A stretch of DNA of 63,825 nucleotides, filler included. It is 4 parts of 4 records of this genome, joined end to end, with 100 filler letters (N's around TTAATTAATTAA, not from the genome) between each part and the next. Parts side by side here need not be neighbours in the genome. Positions count along the whole stretch, not along the records: positions 1 to 23,455 come from DRR723986_3408; positions 23,556 to 35,067 come from DRR723986_3417; 2 more parts are not named here. One strand, 5' to 3'. Both the position numbers and the translations under genes were made by a program. Positions 18,807 to 28,966 of this stretch are shown here, piece after piece. Below the pieces are notes generated by a model. That model had not been told where the DNA came from, did no database searches, and saw nothing but the letters and a program-made list of their open reading frames with translations. The stretch's first letter is position 1, and each line of letters begins with the position of its first letter.

Positions 18807-21203
18807 CTAGAAGTTATAGCGCGCGCTAAAGCCAATGGTACGTGGCTGGTTGACGTGGTGACCAACGCGGGCATTGCCGCCGCGCTCGGTATCCAAGGAC
18901 AGCTCAGCACGTTCATTGGTTGCATTGCGCACAAACAATGCGGTATCCCATTGATCGTTTCTCGCGCCCAGGCGCAAGTTGACGATCTGATAGCCACCCT
19001 GCTCGCGATCATACTCGTAGGTAGGCTGGGTCAAAGGACCACCCACATTGGCGTACAGACTGGCAACACCGCGCCCGCCGTTTTCCTGATCCGCAAGCTG
19101 GGTGTAGCGCGAACCGACGTTTTGATAGGTGGTGTTGAAGTAGCCTTCCCAGGTTTCGAATACCGGGAAGTAATAGGTGGCCGTCGCGGCAAGCTCAAAG
19201 CCCGGCGCCGTTGGCAACTCATTACCTTCGCGAATGCCGCCGACAATGCTCGTCACATTGGCGTTGTCGGTAGAGGTAACATCCGAATCGATCTCGGCGC
19301 GCACGTAGCTGGCCGACAGACCAAACTCGAAATTGCTCATCGGGCGCACGAAGAACTCAACTTCCACCCCGGTGCTGTGGGCCTCAGGCACGTTGTAAAC
19401 GATCCGAGAGGAACAGGTACCCGCGTTTACGGTTGCCTGCAGATCTTTAATGTCGCTGTAGAATGCCGAGACATTGAAGGTACCCGCACCGCCGAACAGG
19501 CGCATTTTGCTGCCCACCTCATAGTTCGTCAGTGTTTCATCTTCAAAGTCATCGCGGCCGCCAAAGGTGGCTTTATCAGCAGGCGAACACAGAGGTTCAT
19601 TCAGCGGGTCGTTAATACCCCCCAAACGGAAGCCCTTCGACACCTGCGCATTGAGCATCACATCGTCATTCATGTCGTAGCGCAGCATCACCCGCGGCGA
19701 CACACCATCCGACGACACATCACTCTTCTGTCCAAGCACGCTGGCGTTGTAGATACCATCAAAGTTCAGCGTACGCTTTTCCTCGTAGTCGAAGAAACGG
19801 GCGCCAACCACGATCATGGTTTTCTCGTTCAGGTCATAAGACACCTCGCCGAACACCGCGTACTGCTCCAGCTCGTAGGGAATGTCTGAATAGAACAGTT
19901 CATCAACCGCATTCGCGCCCAGGGTCTCGCCGGGGTCGGTGGAATCGGGCGCCGTGGTGCGCGCGCTGGCATCGTAACCGGCCACTTGCAGAGACTGGCC
20001 ATAGCGGCGCTCGATATCGCTATAGAAGATACCGGCCACCCATTGCACGGGGCCATTCAAACCACTCAAGCGCAGCTCCTGGGTCAGCACCTCGGCTTCC
20101 GTTTCGTCAAACAGCGGCGCATCGAGGGTATAAACCGCTTCGCTTTCACCAAAAGAGCCGCCGGTGATACTGCCGTTGAGTGCCGTGGCATCGCGCAGCA
20201 CCAACACATCGCGATCGGTATACGAGGACACCGACGTCAGCGTCATATCTTCAGTCAGATCAATGGTGGCGGTCAGATCAACCAGCAAGAAGTCGTCCTC
20301 AAAGCTCTCTTCAAGCTGAGTAAACTGCTCGTAGTCCCCCAAACTTACCGGCGGGCGGCTGGTGGTGTAGGGGTTGGCCAACATATTGTAGTCGTCTTCG
20401 CGATTGAAGCCGTCCATGTCGATGCTCTGAAAAATAACCCGCGGCGTGATAACCACGCTGTCAGATGGCTGAAAGCGCAGTGCGATGCGACCACCGCTGC
20501 GGGTGCCTTCGTTAACATCGTCCTTGGTGCTTCCGTCGGGCTGCAAGGCATCGATGTAACCCGCGTAATGCTGAGCGTAACCCACAGCGCGGAGCGCCAA
20601 GGTGTCGCTAAGCGGAATATTAATATGTCCTTTAATATTGCCGCCTTCACTGCCTTCATCGACGGTTTCGCCGCCCACTTGCACAGAGCCGCTCAGCTCG
20701 TCACTGTTGGGCGCATTGCTGATATAACGCACCGTGCCCGACAGCGAGCCGGAGCCGAACAGTGTGCCCTGCGGCCCGCGCAGTACTTCCACACGATTGA
20801 TGTCGTAGAAATCCAAGTCGGGCGTGAACAGCGACATCGAGATCACTGACTCGTCAAAGTAGACCCCAACCTGCTCTTTAACGCCGGGCTGGTCGCGAAC
20901 AATTTGCCCGGCAGAAATACCGCGAATAGAAACCTGGCTCTGACCCGGCCCCAGGTTTTGGATCGAAATACCGGCCACGTTTGTGGCCATCGACTCCAGA
21001 TCCGTCGCCCCACTCTGCTTTAATTTTCCCTCTGTCATCGCCGCAATAGAAAACGGCACATCTTGCAAGGTTTCCGACTGCTTCCGCGCGGTTACCAGCA
21101 CCTCTTCCAGAACATTGCCGTTGTCCTGGGCCGAAACGGCCACTGGCAACGCCAACATGGCAAGGGCAAGCTTTGATCGTTTGAACATACGCTTGTGTGT
21201 CAT
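18807..21203 (-). CDS. TonB-dependent receptor
   Basis: Signal peptide, LEEVLVTARK, RVEVLRGPQGTLFG, C-terminal PRTIGFSARYNF. Confidence 0.95.
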   Translation of the reverse strand: MTHKRMFKRSKLALAMLALPVAVSAQDNGNVLEEVLVTARKQSETLQDVPFSIAAMTEGKLKQSGATDLESMATNVAGISIQNLGPGQSQVSIRGISAGQIVRDQPGVKEQVGVYFDESVISMSLFTPDLDFYDINRVEVLRGPQGTLFGSGSLSGTVRYISNAPNSDELSGSVQVGGETVDEGSEGGNIKGHINIPLSDTLALRAVGYAQHYAGYIDALQPDGSTKDDVNEGTRSGGRIALRFQPSDSVVITPRVIFQSIDMDGFNREDDYNMLANPYTTSRPPVSLGDYEQFTQLEESFEDDFLLVDLTATIDLTEDMTLTSVSSYTDRDVLVLRDATALNGSITGGSFGESEAVYTLDAPLFDETEAEVLTQELRLSGLNGPVQWVAGIFYSDIERRYGQSLQVAGYDASARTTAPDSTDPGETLGANAVDELFYSDIPYELEQYAVFGEVSYDLNEKTMIVVGARFFDYEEKRTLNFDGIYNASVLGQKSDVSSDGVSPRVMLRYDMNDDVMLNAQVSKGFRLGGINDPLNEPLCSPADKATFGGRDDFEDETLTNYEVGSKMRLFGGAGTFNVSAFYSDIKDLQATVNAGTCSSRIVYNVPEAHSTGVEVEFFVRPMSNFEFGLSASYVRAEIDSDVTSTDNANVTSIVGGIREGNELPTAPGFELAATATYYFPVFETWEGYFNTTYQNVGSRYTQLADQENGGRGVASLYANVGGPLTQPTYEYDREQGGYQIVNLRLGARNDQWDTALFVRNATNERAELSLDTERGGNARVGHHVNQPRTIGFSARYNF

Positions 21204-21551
21204 CTGTAGAAGTCTCCCCGACTACAATTATTATTGGCACCAAAAACACTGGCGCAGCATTTTGAGTCAATCTACTTATAGCAAACATCTCGGAGATTGC
21301 CGTATTGCACTTTTACGGCCCCCATGTTTTCAGGTAAAACATTAACAATAAATTTCCCCCCATCCAAGCCGCACCCGCTTCGCCCAAAACCACGGCTGAC
21401 CAATCGCCCAGCGCCATTGACAAATTACCGCGGGCTATGGAATTTACAAAAGCTTCCTTATATGATTACTCCCTTAATTCTCGGGCAGCAGGCGCTGCCC
21501 TTTTGCGTTTTGGGGTTCGCTCAAATACCCCGCTAGAGGAGATACGCTGCA

Positions 21552-22742
21552 ATGACATTGCCCGCACTGATGAATACTTACGGCCGCCTGCCTGTCAGCT
21601 TTGTGCGCGGTGAAGGTGTTCGCCTGTTCGACGAGCAGGGTAAGGGCTATATCGATGGCATCAGCGGCATTGGTGTCAATGCACTCGGCCATGCCCACCC
21701 CGGCGTTACACAAGCCATTACCGAACAAGCGGGCAAGCTGCTGCACACCTCCAACTTATACAATGTACAGCGCCAACAGCAGCTGGCCGAATCTCTGCGC
21801 GATGCCAGCGGCATGGACAATGTATTCTTTGCCAACTCGGGGGCAGAAGCCAACGAAGCGGCCATTAAACTGGCACGTATGCACGGCCACCAGCGCGGTA
21901 TCGACATCCCCCATGTTGTGGTCATGGAGCAGGCCTTCCACGGCCGGACTCTGGCCACGCTTACCGCCTCCGGCAACCGCAAAATTCAGGCGGGCTTCGA
22001 GCCGCTGGTGCGCGGCTTTATCCGCGCGCCCTTCGGCGATATTGCGGCCCTGGAAAGCATTGCCAGCAACAATGACAGCGTAGCCGCCGTGTTACTGGAG
22101 CCGATCCAGGGTGAAGGCGGCCTGCACGTATTACCGGAAGGTTTCCTGAAACAACTGCGCGAGCTATGCGACCGCAACAACTGGTTGTTAATGCTCGACG
22201 AAGTACAAACAGGCAATGGCCGGACCGGCAAATATTTCGCCTACCAACACGACGGCGTACTGCCCGATGTTCTGGTTACTGCCAAAGGCCTGGGCAACGG
22301 CCTGCCTATTGGCGCCTGCCTGGCACACGGTAAAGCCGCATCGCTGTTTCACCCCGGCAACCACGGCTCTACCTTCGGCGGCAACCCACTGGCCTGCGCG
22401 GCGGGACAAGTGGTCGTCGAGACCCTCAATACCGAGGAAATGCGCAACCACGTCAGCGACATCGGCGACTACTTACAGGCCGGTCTGCGCGAGCGTTTAG
22501 CCGATGCCCAGCACGTTGTAGAGGTGCGCGGCCGCGGCCTGATGGTGGGCGTTGAATTAAACAGCCCCTGCGCGGGCCTTGTTAAACAAGCGCTCGACCA
22601 GGGCTTATTGATTAACGTTACTGCGGAACGGGTCGTGCGCCTGCTTCCCCCTCTTATTATTAGCCGGCAGGAAGTCGACGCGCTGCTCGACATCCTCTGT
22701 CCACTGATCCTTCAGTGGCCCGCCCAGTCCGATGCCGCGTAA
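21552..22742 (+). CDS. argD: Acetylornithine aminotransferase
   Basis: NSGAEANE, FHGRT, LEPIQGEGG, DEVQTG, TAKGLG, HGSTFGGNP; precedes argF. Confidence 0.93.
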   Translation: MTLPALMNTYGRLPVSFVRGEGVRLFDEQGKGYIDGISGIGVNALGHAHPGVTQAITEQAGKLLHTSNLYNVQRQQQLAESLRDASGMDNVFFANSGAEANEAAIKLARMHGHQRGIDIPHVVVMEQAFHGRTLATLTASGNRKIQAGFEPLVRGFIRAPFGDIAALESIASNNDSVAAVLLEPIQGEGGLHVLPEGFLKQLRELCDRNNWLLMLDEVQTGNGRTGKYFAYQHDGVLPDVLVTAKGLGNGLPIGACLAHGKAASLFHPGNHGSTFGGNPLACAAGQVVVETLNTEEMRNHVSDIGDYLQAGLRERLADAQHVVEVRGRGLMVGVELNSPCAGLVKQALDQGLLINVTAERVVRLLPPLIISRQEVDALLDILCPLILQWPAQSDAA

Positions 22743-22774
22743 GGCAGCAATCGATGCAGCAAAGGTAGCCACTT

Positions 22775-23455
22775 ATGGCCTTGAGACACTTTTTAACCCT
22801 TAACGACCTCAGCCCCGCGGAACTCGACCACGTCATTGCGCGGGCAATTGAGCTGAAAGCCGAGCACCGCGAGCGCCGCCAGAGCGTGCAATTTCCCAAC
22901 TACGTGCTGGGCATGATCTTTGAAAAAGCGTCTACCCGCACGCGCATTTCTTTCGAGGCGGGCATTGCCCAATTTGGCGGCCACGCCATCTTCCTGTCAC
23001 CGCGCGATACGCAATTGGGACGCGGCGAGCCGACTGAAGACAGCGCGCGTGTGATCTCGTCAATGTGCGACATCGTGATGATCCGCACCTTCGAACACAG
23101 CATTATTGAAAAATTTGCCGAGTACTCATCAGTGCCGGTCATCAATGCCCTGACTGATGACTACCACCCCTGCCAGCTCCTCGCCGACATTCAAACCTTT
23201 GTCGAGCACCGCGGCAGCATTAAAGGCAAACAAGTCACCTGGGTTGGCGATGGCAACAATATGTGCCAGTCCTATATCAATGCCGCAATCCAGTTCGACT
23301 TCAAGTTGAAGATCGCCTGCCCCGAGGGTTTTGACCCGCGCGCTGATCTGGTCGAGGCCGCTGGTGACCGCGTGGAAATCATCCGCGACCCTGCCGAAGC
23401 GGCAAAAGGCTCCGACCTGCTGGTTACCGATGTCTGGGCATCCATGGGCCAGGAA
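22775..23455 (+). CDS. argF: Ornithine carbamoyltransferase, truncated by the contig end
   Basis: [19 protein letters not shown]. Confidence 0.95.
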
Positions 23456-23555
23456 NNNNNNNNNNNNNNNNNNNNNNNNNNNNNNNNNNNNNNNNNNNNT
23501 TAATTAATTAANNNNNNNNNNNNNNNNNNNNNNNNNNNNNNNNNNNNNNNNNNNN
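23456..23555. other. Artificial contig spacer
   Basis: 44 N + TTAATTAATTAA (stops in all six frames) + 44 N. Confidence 0.98.
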
Positions 23556-23772
23556 CCGGATAGCCTTCGGCATATTTGTTGGTCAGGACGGACCCCTGCG
23601 CTTCCAGAACCGCCTTGGAGACAATGTTTTCCGAAGCGATCAGCTCGATTTCGTGCTGTTGGCGCCCCTGTTCCTTGCAGATCGCGGCGAAAACTTCCGG
23701 ATCGCTCTCTTCAAGGCCAGTCGAAAAGAAACCGCTGGTATCAAACCGTTGCGTCTGGGCGGTGTCTGCCAT
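23556..23772 (-). CDS. glyA: Serine hydroxymethyltransferase, 5' fragment
   Basis: [30 protein letters not shown]. Confidence 0.95.
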
Positions 23773-23985
23773 GGGAATCTCCTGCTTTCCGTGCGCTGTT
23801 TACGCGCAGAGGCGCGCGCTCGCAACTGGACAATCCCGCATAACAGTCGGCAGATTTTCTCAATCTTGTTTGATGTAACAAGGGTAATCGCGCGCTAATA
23901 CTTATGATCTTCTGGTCTTACCGCGTTCTTCGTGACATTATGTTTTGAATTACCGTAGCATTATAAAAATAACGGTGGTGGCAAG

Positions 23986-24387
23986 ATGGGTGAACCGAAG
24001 CAGGTTGACGTGCTGGGCATGACGACAGGGATCGTCTCGTCCTTCGTTTCCAACAATACAGTTCCAGCATCCGACCTGCCCGGTCTGATCCGGTCCGTCC
24101 ATGACGCGATCTTGTCGTTGTCCGAGGAAGATTCGAACAATACCGAAGCCCTTTCGCCCGCGGTTCCGATTTCCAAATCCATCACACCGGACTTCCTGAT
24201 CTGCCTGGAAGACGGCCGGAAGCTCAAAATGCTGCGCCGTTACCTGCGGTCCCGCTACTCGATGACACCGGAGGAATATCGGGAACGGTGGAACCTGCCG
24301 ACCGATTACCCGATGGTCGCGCCGAATTATGCCAAATTGCGCTCCAAGCACGCGAAAAATATCGGTCTCGGCAAGAAAAAGAAATAG
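23986..24387 (+). CDS. mucR: Ros/MucR family transcriptional regulator
   Basis: IVSSFVSNN, PAVPISKSITPDFLICLEDGRKLKML, YPMVAPNYA. Confidence 0.95.
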   Translation: MGEPKQVDVLGMTTGIVSSFVSNNTVPASDLPGLIRSVHDAILSLSEEDSNNTEALSPAVPISKSITPDFLICLEDGRKLKMLRRYLRSRYSMTPEEYRERWNLPTDYPMVAPNYAKLRSKHAKNIGLGKKKK

Positions 24388-24405
24388 GCGCCCGAAGGCG
24401 CCTAT
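24384..24405. terminator. Hairpin between convergent mucR and hemA
   Basis: ATAGGCGCC-CGAA-GGCGCCTAT. Confidence 0.6.
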
Positions 24406-24434
24406 CCGTTTGATTTCAAATGTTTCAGCGCCGA

Positions 24435-25652
24435 TCAGGCGGCCTTGTCGAGGCCGAGCTGCTTCCAGACGGCAAGGATCGCTTCGACGAGTTCGTCCAT
24501 CATAACGGCGTCGTGCACCGGGCTCGGCGTGAAGCGCAGGCGCTCGGTGCCGCGCGGTACAGTTGGATAATTGATCGGCTGAACATAGATCCCGAAGTCA
24601 AACAACAGCGTATCGGACAGGGCCTTGCAACGCTCCGGATCGCCCACGAGCAGCGGGACAATGTGCGACGGCGATTCCATCACCGGCAGGCCGGCGTCAC
24701 GGAATTTCTGCTTCAGCTCTGCGGCCTTGGCCTGATGGATGGCGCGCAGTTTGCGGCCTTCATCGGAGCGCAGCTTCTGGATGCTGGCCAACGCTCCTGC
24801 CGCCATGACCGGGCAAGTTGACGTGCTGAAGATGAAGCCAGACGCCATCGAACGGATGGCATCGATTACAGTCGCCTTGGAAGCGATGTAGCCGCCCATC
24901 ACACCATAACCTTTGGCGAGCGTACCTTCGATAATGTCGATCCGGTCGGACAGACCAAGCATTTCGGCAACGCCAGCGCCCTGGCTACCGTACAGACCGA
25001 CGGCATGCACTTCGTCCAGATAGGTCAGCGCATCGAACTCATCCGCCAGGTCGCAGATTTCCTTCATACGGCCGAAATCGCCATCCATGGAGTAGACGCT
25101 TTCGAAGGCGATCACTTTCGGACGGTCCGGATCATCGTTTTGAAGGAGGGCACGCAAGTGATCCACATCATTATGGCGGAACACCCGATAATCGGCGCCC
25201 GAACGGCGGATCCCCTCGATCATCGAAGCATGGTTGAGCTGATCGGAATAGATGATCAGATCTTTCATGATCTTGCCGAGCGTCGACAGGGTCGCGTCAT
25301 TGGACACGTAGCCGGATGTGAACAGCAGCGCTGCTTCCTTCTGGTGCAGGTCGGCGAGCTCCCGCTCCAGATCGACGTGGAACCGCGTCGTACCGGAAAT
25401 GTTGCGCGTACCGCCTGAGCCGGCACCAAAGCTGTCGATGGCTTCGTGCATGGCCTGAATGACATCATCATCCTGACCCATGCCGAGATAGTCATTTGAA
25501 CACCAGATGGTGACTTCGCGCTCACCATCCTCGAACCGGGCGGTGGCCTTCGGGAAACGCCCCTTGTGGCGCTGCAGGTCAATAAAGACCCTGTAGCGTC
25601 CCTCGGAATGAATGGTGCCGAGGGCATCCTCAAAGGCCTTCAGGTGTTTCAT
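24435..25652 (-). CDS. hemA: 5-aminolevulinate synthase (Shemin pathway)
   Basis: [43 protein letters not shown]. Confidence 0.96.
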   Translation of the reverse strand: MKHLKAFEDALGTIHSEGRYRVFIDLQRHKGRFPKATARFEDGEREVTIWCSNDYLGMGQDDDVIQAMHEAIDSFGAGSGGTRNISGTTRFHVDLERELADLHQKEAALLFTSGYVSNDATLSTLGKIMKDLIIYSDQLNHASMIEGIRRSGADYRVFRHNDVDHLRALLQNDDPDRPKVIAFESVYSMDGDFGRMKEICDLADEFDALTYLDEVHAVGLYGSQGAGVAEMLGLSDRIDIIEGTLAKGYGVMGGYIASKATVIDAIRSMASGFIFSTSTCPVMAAGALASIQKLRSDEGRKLRAIHQAKAAELKQKFRDAGLPVMESPSHIVPLLVGDPERCKALSDTLLFDFGIYVQPINYPTVPRGTERLRFTPSPVHDAVMMDELVEAILAVWKQLGLDKAA

Positions 25653-25757
25653 CTGCTTATCCCTTATAAGCTCTGGGGAGTGTACTTAGACGCTTCGGTC
25701 GCGACATTTAATGGGCTGATAGCGCTTTCGCCGTTTTTGTCGCATCCGGGACACTAC

Positions 25758-26549
25758 TTAGGAGTCGTAGCCCGGATATTCGCGGTCCAGTTTCCGAAGA
25801 AGTGCTGGCCAGACAAGCTTTTCGGTCAGCATGGACATGCCATTGCTGTTCTCGGTCATACCGCCCTGCCCGGCCACTTTGTCCTGAAGGCCGTCATCGC
25901 ATTCCAGCACGCCATCACGGCCCGCAGTTAGCGCCATGATCTGCATCTTGCAGGCACGCTCGAGGAAGAACATGCGCGTAAACGTGATTGCAGCGGTTTC
26001 ACCGCAGGTAAGCGTGCCGTGATTGCGCAGGATCATGGAGTGCTTCTTCGGGCCGAGATCGGCCACCAGGCGTTCCCGCTCGTCGAGATCAAGCGCGATG
26101 CCTTCATAATCGTGATAGGCGACATCTTCGCGCACAGCGAGTGCGGTCTGGCTGATCGGCAGCAGACCCTCTTTTTGAGCCGAAACGGCGACGCCCTGGT
26201 CCGTATGCACGTGCATCACGACTTTTGCATCGTCACGTGCGGCATGCACAGCGGAATGGATCGTGAAGCCCGCCGGATTGATCATGGAATCGGTCTCCTG
26301 GACGACGTTTCCGTCGAGATCGACCTTCACAAGAGACGAGGCCGTGATTTCTTCGAAGAAATAGCCATATGGATTGATGAGGAAGTGATGATCAGGCCCC
26401 GGCACGCGGTGGGAGATGTGGGTGAAGATCATATCATCCCAGCCATACATGGCCGTGAGGCGGTAAAGTGCGGCGAGATCCACCCGCGCCTGCCATTCCT
26501 CAGCGCTCACTGAACCACGAATATCGGCTGTCTGGTTGCCATCGGCCAT
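25758..26549 (-). CDS. Class II aldolase/adducin family protein
   Basis: FTHIS, FLINPYG, INPAGFTIHSAVH, VMHVH, LRNHG. Confidence 0.92.
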   Translation of the reverse strand: MADGNQTADIRGSVSAEEWQARVDLAALYRLTAMYGWDDMIFTHISHRVPGPDHHFLINPYGYFFEEITASSLVKVDLDGNVVQETDSMINPAGFTIHSAVHAARDDAKVVMHVHTDQGVAVSAQKEGLLPISQTALAVREDVAYHDYEGIALDLDERERLVADLGPKKHSMILRNHGTLTCGETAAITFTRMFFLERACKMQIMALTAGRDGVLECDDGLQDKVAGQGGMTENSNGMSMLTEKLVWPALLRKLDREYPGYDS

Positions 26550-26695
26550 GTCTCTGCTCCCTTTGTTCTACGGCAGCAACTTATCCCAAAAGCCTCAGTT
26601 TCGCCACTCCAAAGCTGACGCCTCCGTCACAGTTGAAAGACCACATGTAAAGCGACGCCTTGACGCCGCTGCGGAACCTCAACCACATGGGCGCG

Positions 26696-27463
26696 ATGAG
26701 TACACTCAAATTTGCCTTTTTCGCTTCCAAGCGCCCCGAAGCCCAGGCCGCCCTGCCCACGCTCGTCCAGCGCTACGGACAGCACAGCGAGGCCGATGCC
26801 GATGTGATTGTCGCGCTTGGTGGAGATGGCGCGATGCTGGATTCGTTGCGCCGCCGCTTCGGGGATTCCAAACCCGTCTATGGGATGAACAGGGGCACAA
26901 TCGGCTTCCTTATGAACGAATACAAGGAAGATGACCTGATTGAGCGTGTTAACGCAGCAGAACGGGCCCAGATCATCCCGCTCAGCATGGTGGCAACGGA
27001 TATCCACGGACAGGAACATACGGCCCTGGCCATCAATGAAGTGTCGCTTTTCCGCGAAACGGCCCAGACGGCCCGCCTGCGCATCACCGTGGATGGCAAG
27101 GTTCGCATGGAGGAACTCTCCTGCGACGGCGTCATGGTTGCCACGCCGGCAGGCTCGACCGCCTATAATCTCTCGGCCCATGGCCCAATCCTACCGATTG
27201 GGGCGAATCTACTGGCCCTCACCCCCGTCAGTGCATTCCGCCCCCGCCGCTGGCGCGGCGCGCTCCTTCGTCATGATGCAAAAGTCACGATCGAAGTCAT
27301 CGCACCGGATCGCCGACCGGTTGCCGGCGCCGCCGACAATCAGGAAGTTCGCGACATTGCCACCGTGCGGGTGGAAGCAGATCGCAGCAAACGCCTTACG
27401 ATGCTTTTCGATCCCGGCCACGCCCTCGATGAGAGAATCCTCCGGGAGCAGTTCGGCTTTTGA
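26696..27463 (+). CDS. nadK: NAD kinase
   Basis: [28 protein letters not shown]. Start is 26687 or 26696. Confidence 0.95.
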   Translation: MSTLKFAFFASKRPEAQAALPTLVQRYGQHSEADADVIVALGGDGAMLDSLRRRFGDSKPVYGMNRGTIGFLMNEYKEDDLIERVNAAERAQIIPLSMVATDIHGQEHTALAINEVSLFRETAQTARLRITVDGKVRMEELSCDGVMVATPAGSTAYNLSAHGPILPIGANLLALTPVSAFRPRRWRGALLRHDAKVTIEVIAPDRRPVAGAADNQEVRDIATVRVEADRSKRLTMLFDPGHALDERILREQFGF

Positions 27464-27518
27464 TTTCCTAGGACATTTTTAAGGCTTGGGCGGCTTATTG
27501 AGCGCTCAGGAGTGTCCA

Positions 27519-28100
27519 ATGTTCAAGAATCTGCTGTCCGCTCTGCCGACCCGGCGCAAATCGACAACGGCCACCACCGCCGAAGTCACCATCGACATCA
27601 GCCGCGTGATCAAACCTTCAGAACCGGTCCAGACCATCCCGACTTCTGATTCTTCAGAAGCATCCTTCGGGACGCACGATCCGAATCCCCTCGGGACCGA
27701 AATTCTCGGCAGTCTTGCCGAAGATGCCGTAGACTCGCTTTCCAGTCAGTTCGAAGCATGGATGCGGGGCGATCTCGACGAGCTGGTCCGCGCATGGGGC
27801 GTGGCTCGTGAACCGGGCGCCACGGCGGAAGACTACCGTGCCGTCTTTACCGCGGCCCACAACATCAAGGGCGCCGCGAACTCGTACGGATATCCGGCCA
27901 TTGCACGACTTTGCGGGTCCCTGAGCCGTCTTCTCGGCGAGACAAGGCCCGGTGAGAACGCCGCCCTCATTAATCTTCATGTTGAAGCCTGCCGGGCCGC
28001 GTTCAATTCGATTGGCCAGGGCAACGATGGCCAGTCCATCGCCGATACCGTCTGTGAAGCGCTTGAAGAGCGTGTGGCGTTGAAAATCGAAAGTGCCTGA
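27519..28100 (+). CDS. Hpt (histidine phosphotransfer) domain protein
   Basis: AAHNIKGAANSYGY phosphoacceptor motif; AGGAG before ATG 27519. Confidence 0.8.
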   Translation: MFKNLLSALPTRRKSTTATTAEVTIDISRVIKPSEPVQTIPTSDSSEASFGTHDPNPLGTEILGSLAEDAVDSLSSQFEAWMRGDLDELVRAWGVAREPGATAEDYRAVFTAAHNIKGAANSYGYPAIARLCGSLSRLLGETRPGENAALINLHVEACRAAFNSIGQGNDGQSIADTVCEALEERVALKIESA

Positions 28101-28105
28101 GCACT

Positions 28106-28945
28106 TCAGGCGGCCTCAGCCAGCAGTTCCTCGGCGTCCAGGAACTCACGGATGATGTCCGCGGTCTCGGCAGCTCGGGACACCAGGAACAGGTGTCCGC
28201 CCCCTTCGATAACGTGCAGGCGCGAGTTCGGCAGGCCCAGCTTCAGGATATGCCCGTTCGCCACCGGCACGATTGTATCTTCGTCTCCCATGATGACCAG
28301 CGATGGCATCTTCAGGAAACGGATGAATGGCAGGCTGGACCAGCCGACGAAAGCCAGAAGCTGGTAAAAGTATCCGCGCGGATGTGGCGGCAGCAGATTG
28401 TCGATGTGCCGGCCGACTTCTCCGTCTACGGCATCACCATACAATGAGCTGAAACTGTCACGCATGAATTCGGGATCGGTGTAACGCCGCGCATCCACCA
28501 TCTTGGACAGCGACTTCGGACGTCCCGGGACCATCGTCATACCGGCGCTGGTCGCACACAGGATCAACTTGCCGACACGGTTGCGGTACTGGAAAGCGAA
28601 TTGCTGGGCCAGCGCCCCACCCCACGACACGCCCATTACATCGACGGCATCAATATGGAATTGGTCCAATAGCTTACGCGCCCAGCGAGCGAGCATCCAC
28701 GGCCGGTAAGGCCATTGTGTCACCGGACTTTTGCCAACACCCGGAACGTCGAACGTGATTATGTCGCGGTCCGGAAACATGTCGCCCAACCCCTGGGTCA
28801 GCTCGAGGTTTGCCCCGATACCATTGAAGAACAACATCGGCAGGTTGTCGTTTGCCAGCTTTGCCGGCCAGAACGCTGTTCGCAGCTGGATGCCATCGAT
28901 ATCCTGCATCGTGATTTGAGGGCGCTGTTCCGGCATGCCTGACAC
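28106..28945 (-). CDS. phaZ: Intracellular PHA depolymerase (Pseudomonas mcl type)
   Basis: FFNGIGANLEL, FDVPGVG, lipase box GVSWGG, GGHLFL; directly downstream of phaC. Confidence 0.88.
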   Translation of the reverse strand: MSGMPEQRPQITMQDIDGIQLRTAFWPAKLANDNLPMLFFNGIGANLELTQGLGDMFPDRDIITFDVPGVGKSPVTQWPYRPWMLARWARKLLDQFHIDAVDVMGVSWGGALAQQFAFQYRNRVGKLILCATSAGMTMVPGRPKSLSKMVDARRYTDPEFMRDSFSSLYGDAVDGEVGRHIDNLLPPHPRGYFYQLLAFVGWSSLPFIRFLKMPSLVIMGDEDTIVPVANGHILKLGLPNSRLHVIEGGGHLFLVSRAAETADIIREFLDAEELLAEAA

Positions 28946-28966
28946 TTTCTTTGTTTTTCGCCCGGA

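Noticed and set aside
18789-20849. Long plus-strand ORFs (366 aa and 287 aa) opposite the TonB receptor gene
   Set aside because: Antisense shadows of a codon-biased gene, with no recognisable motifs.
23500-23511. TTAATTAATTAA as a biological repeat or CtrA-like site
   Set aside because: It is centred in N-runs three times and is a synthetic six-frame stop linker.
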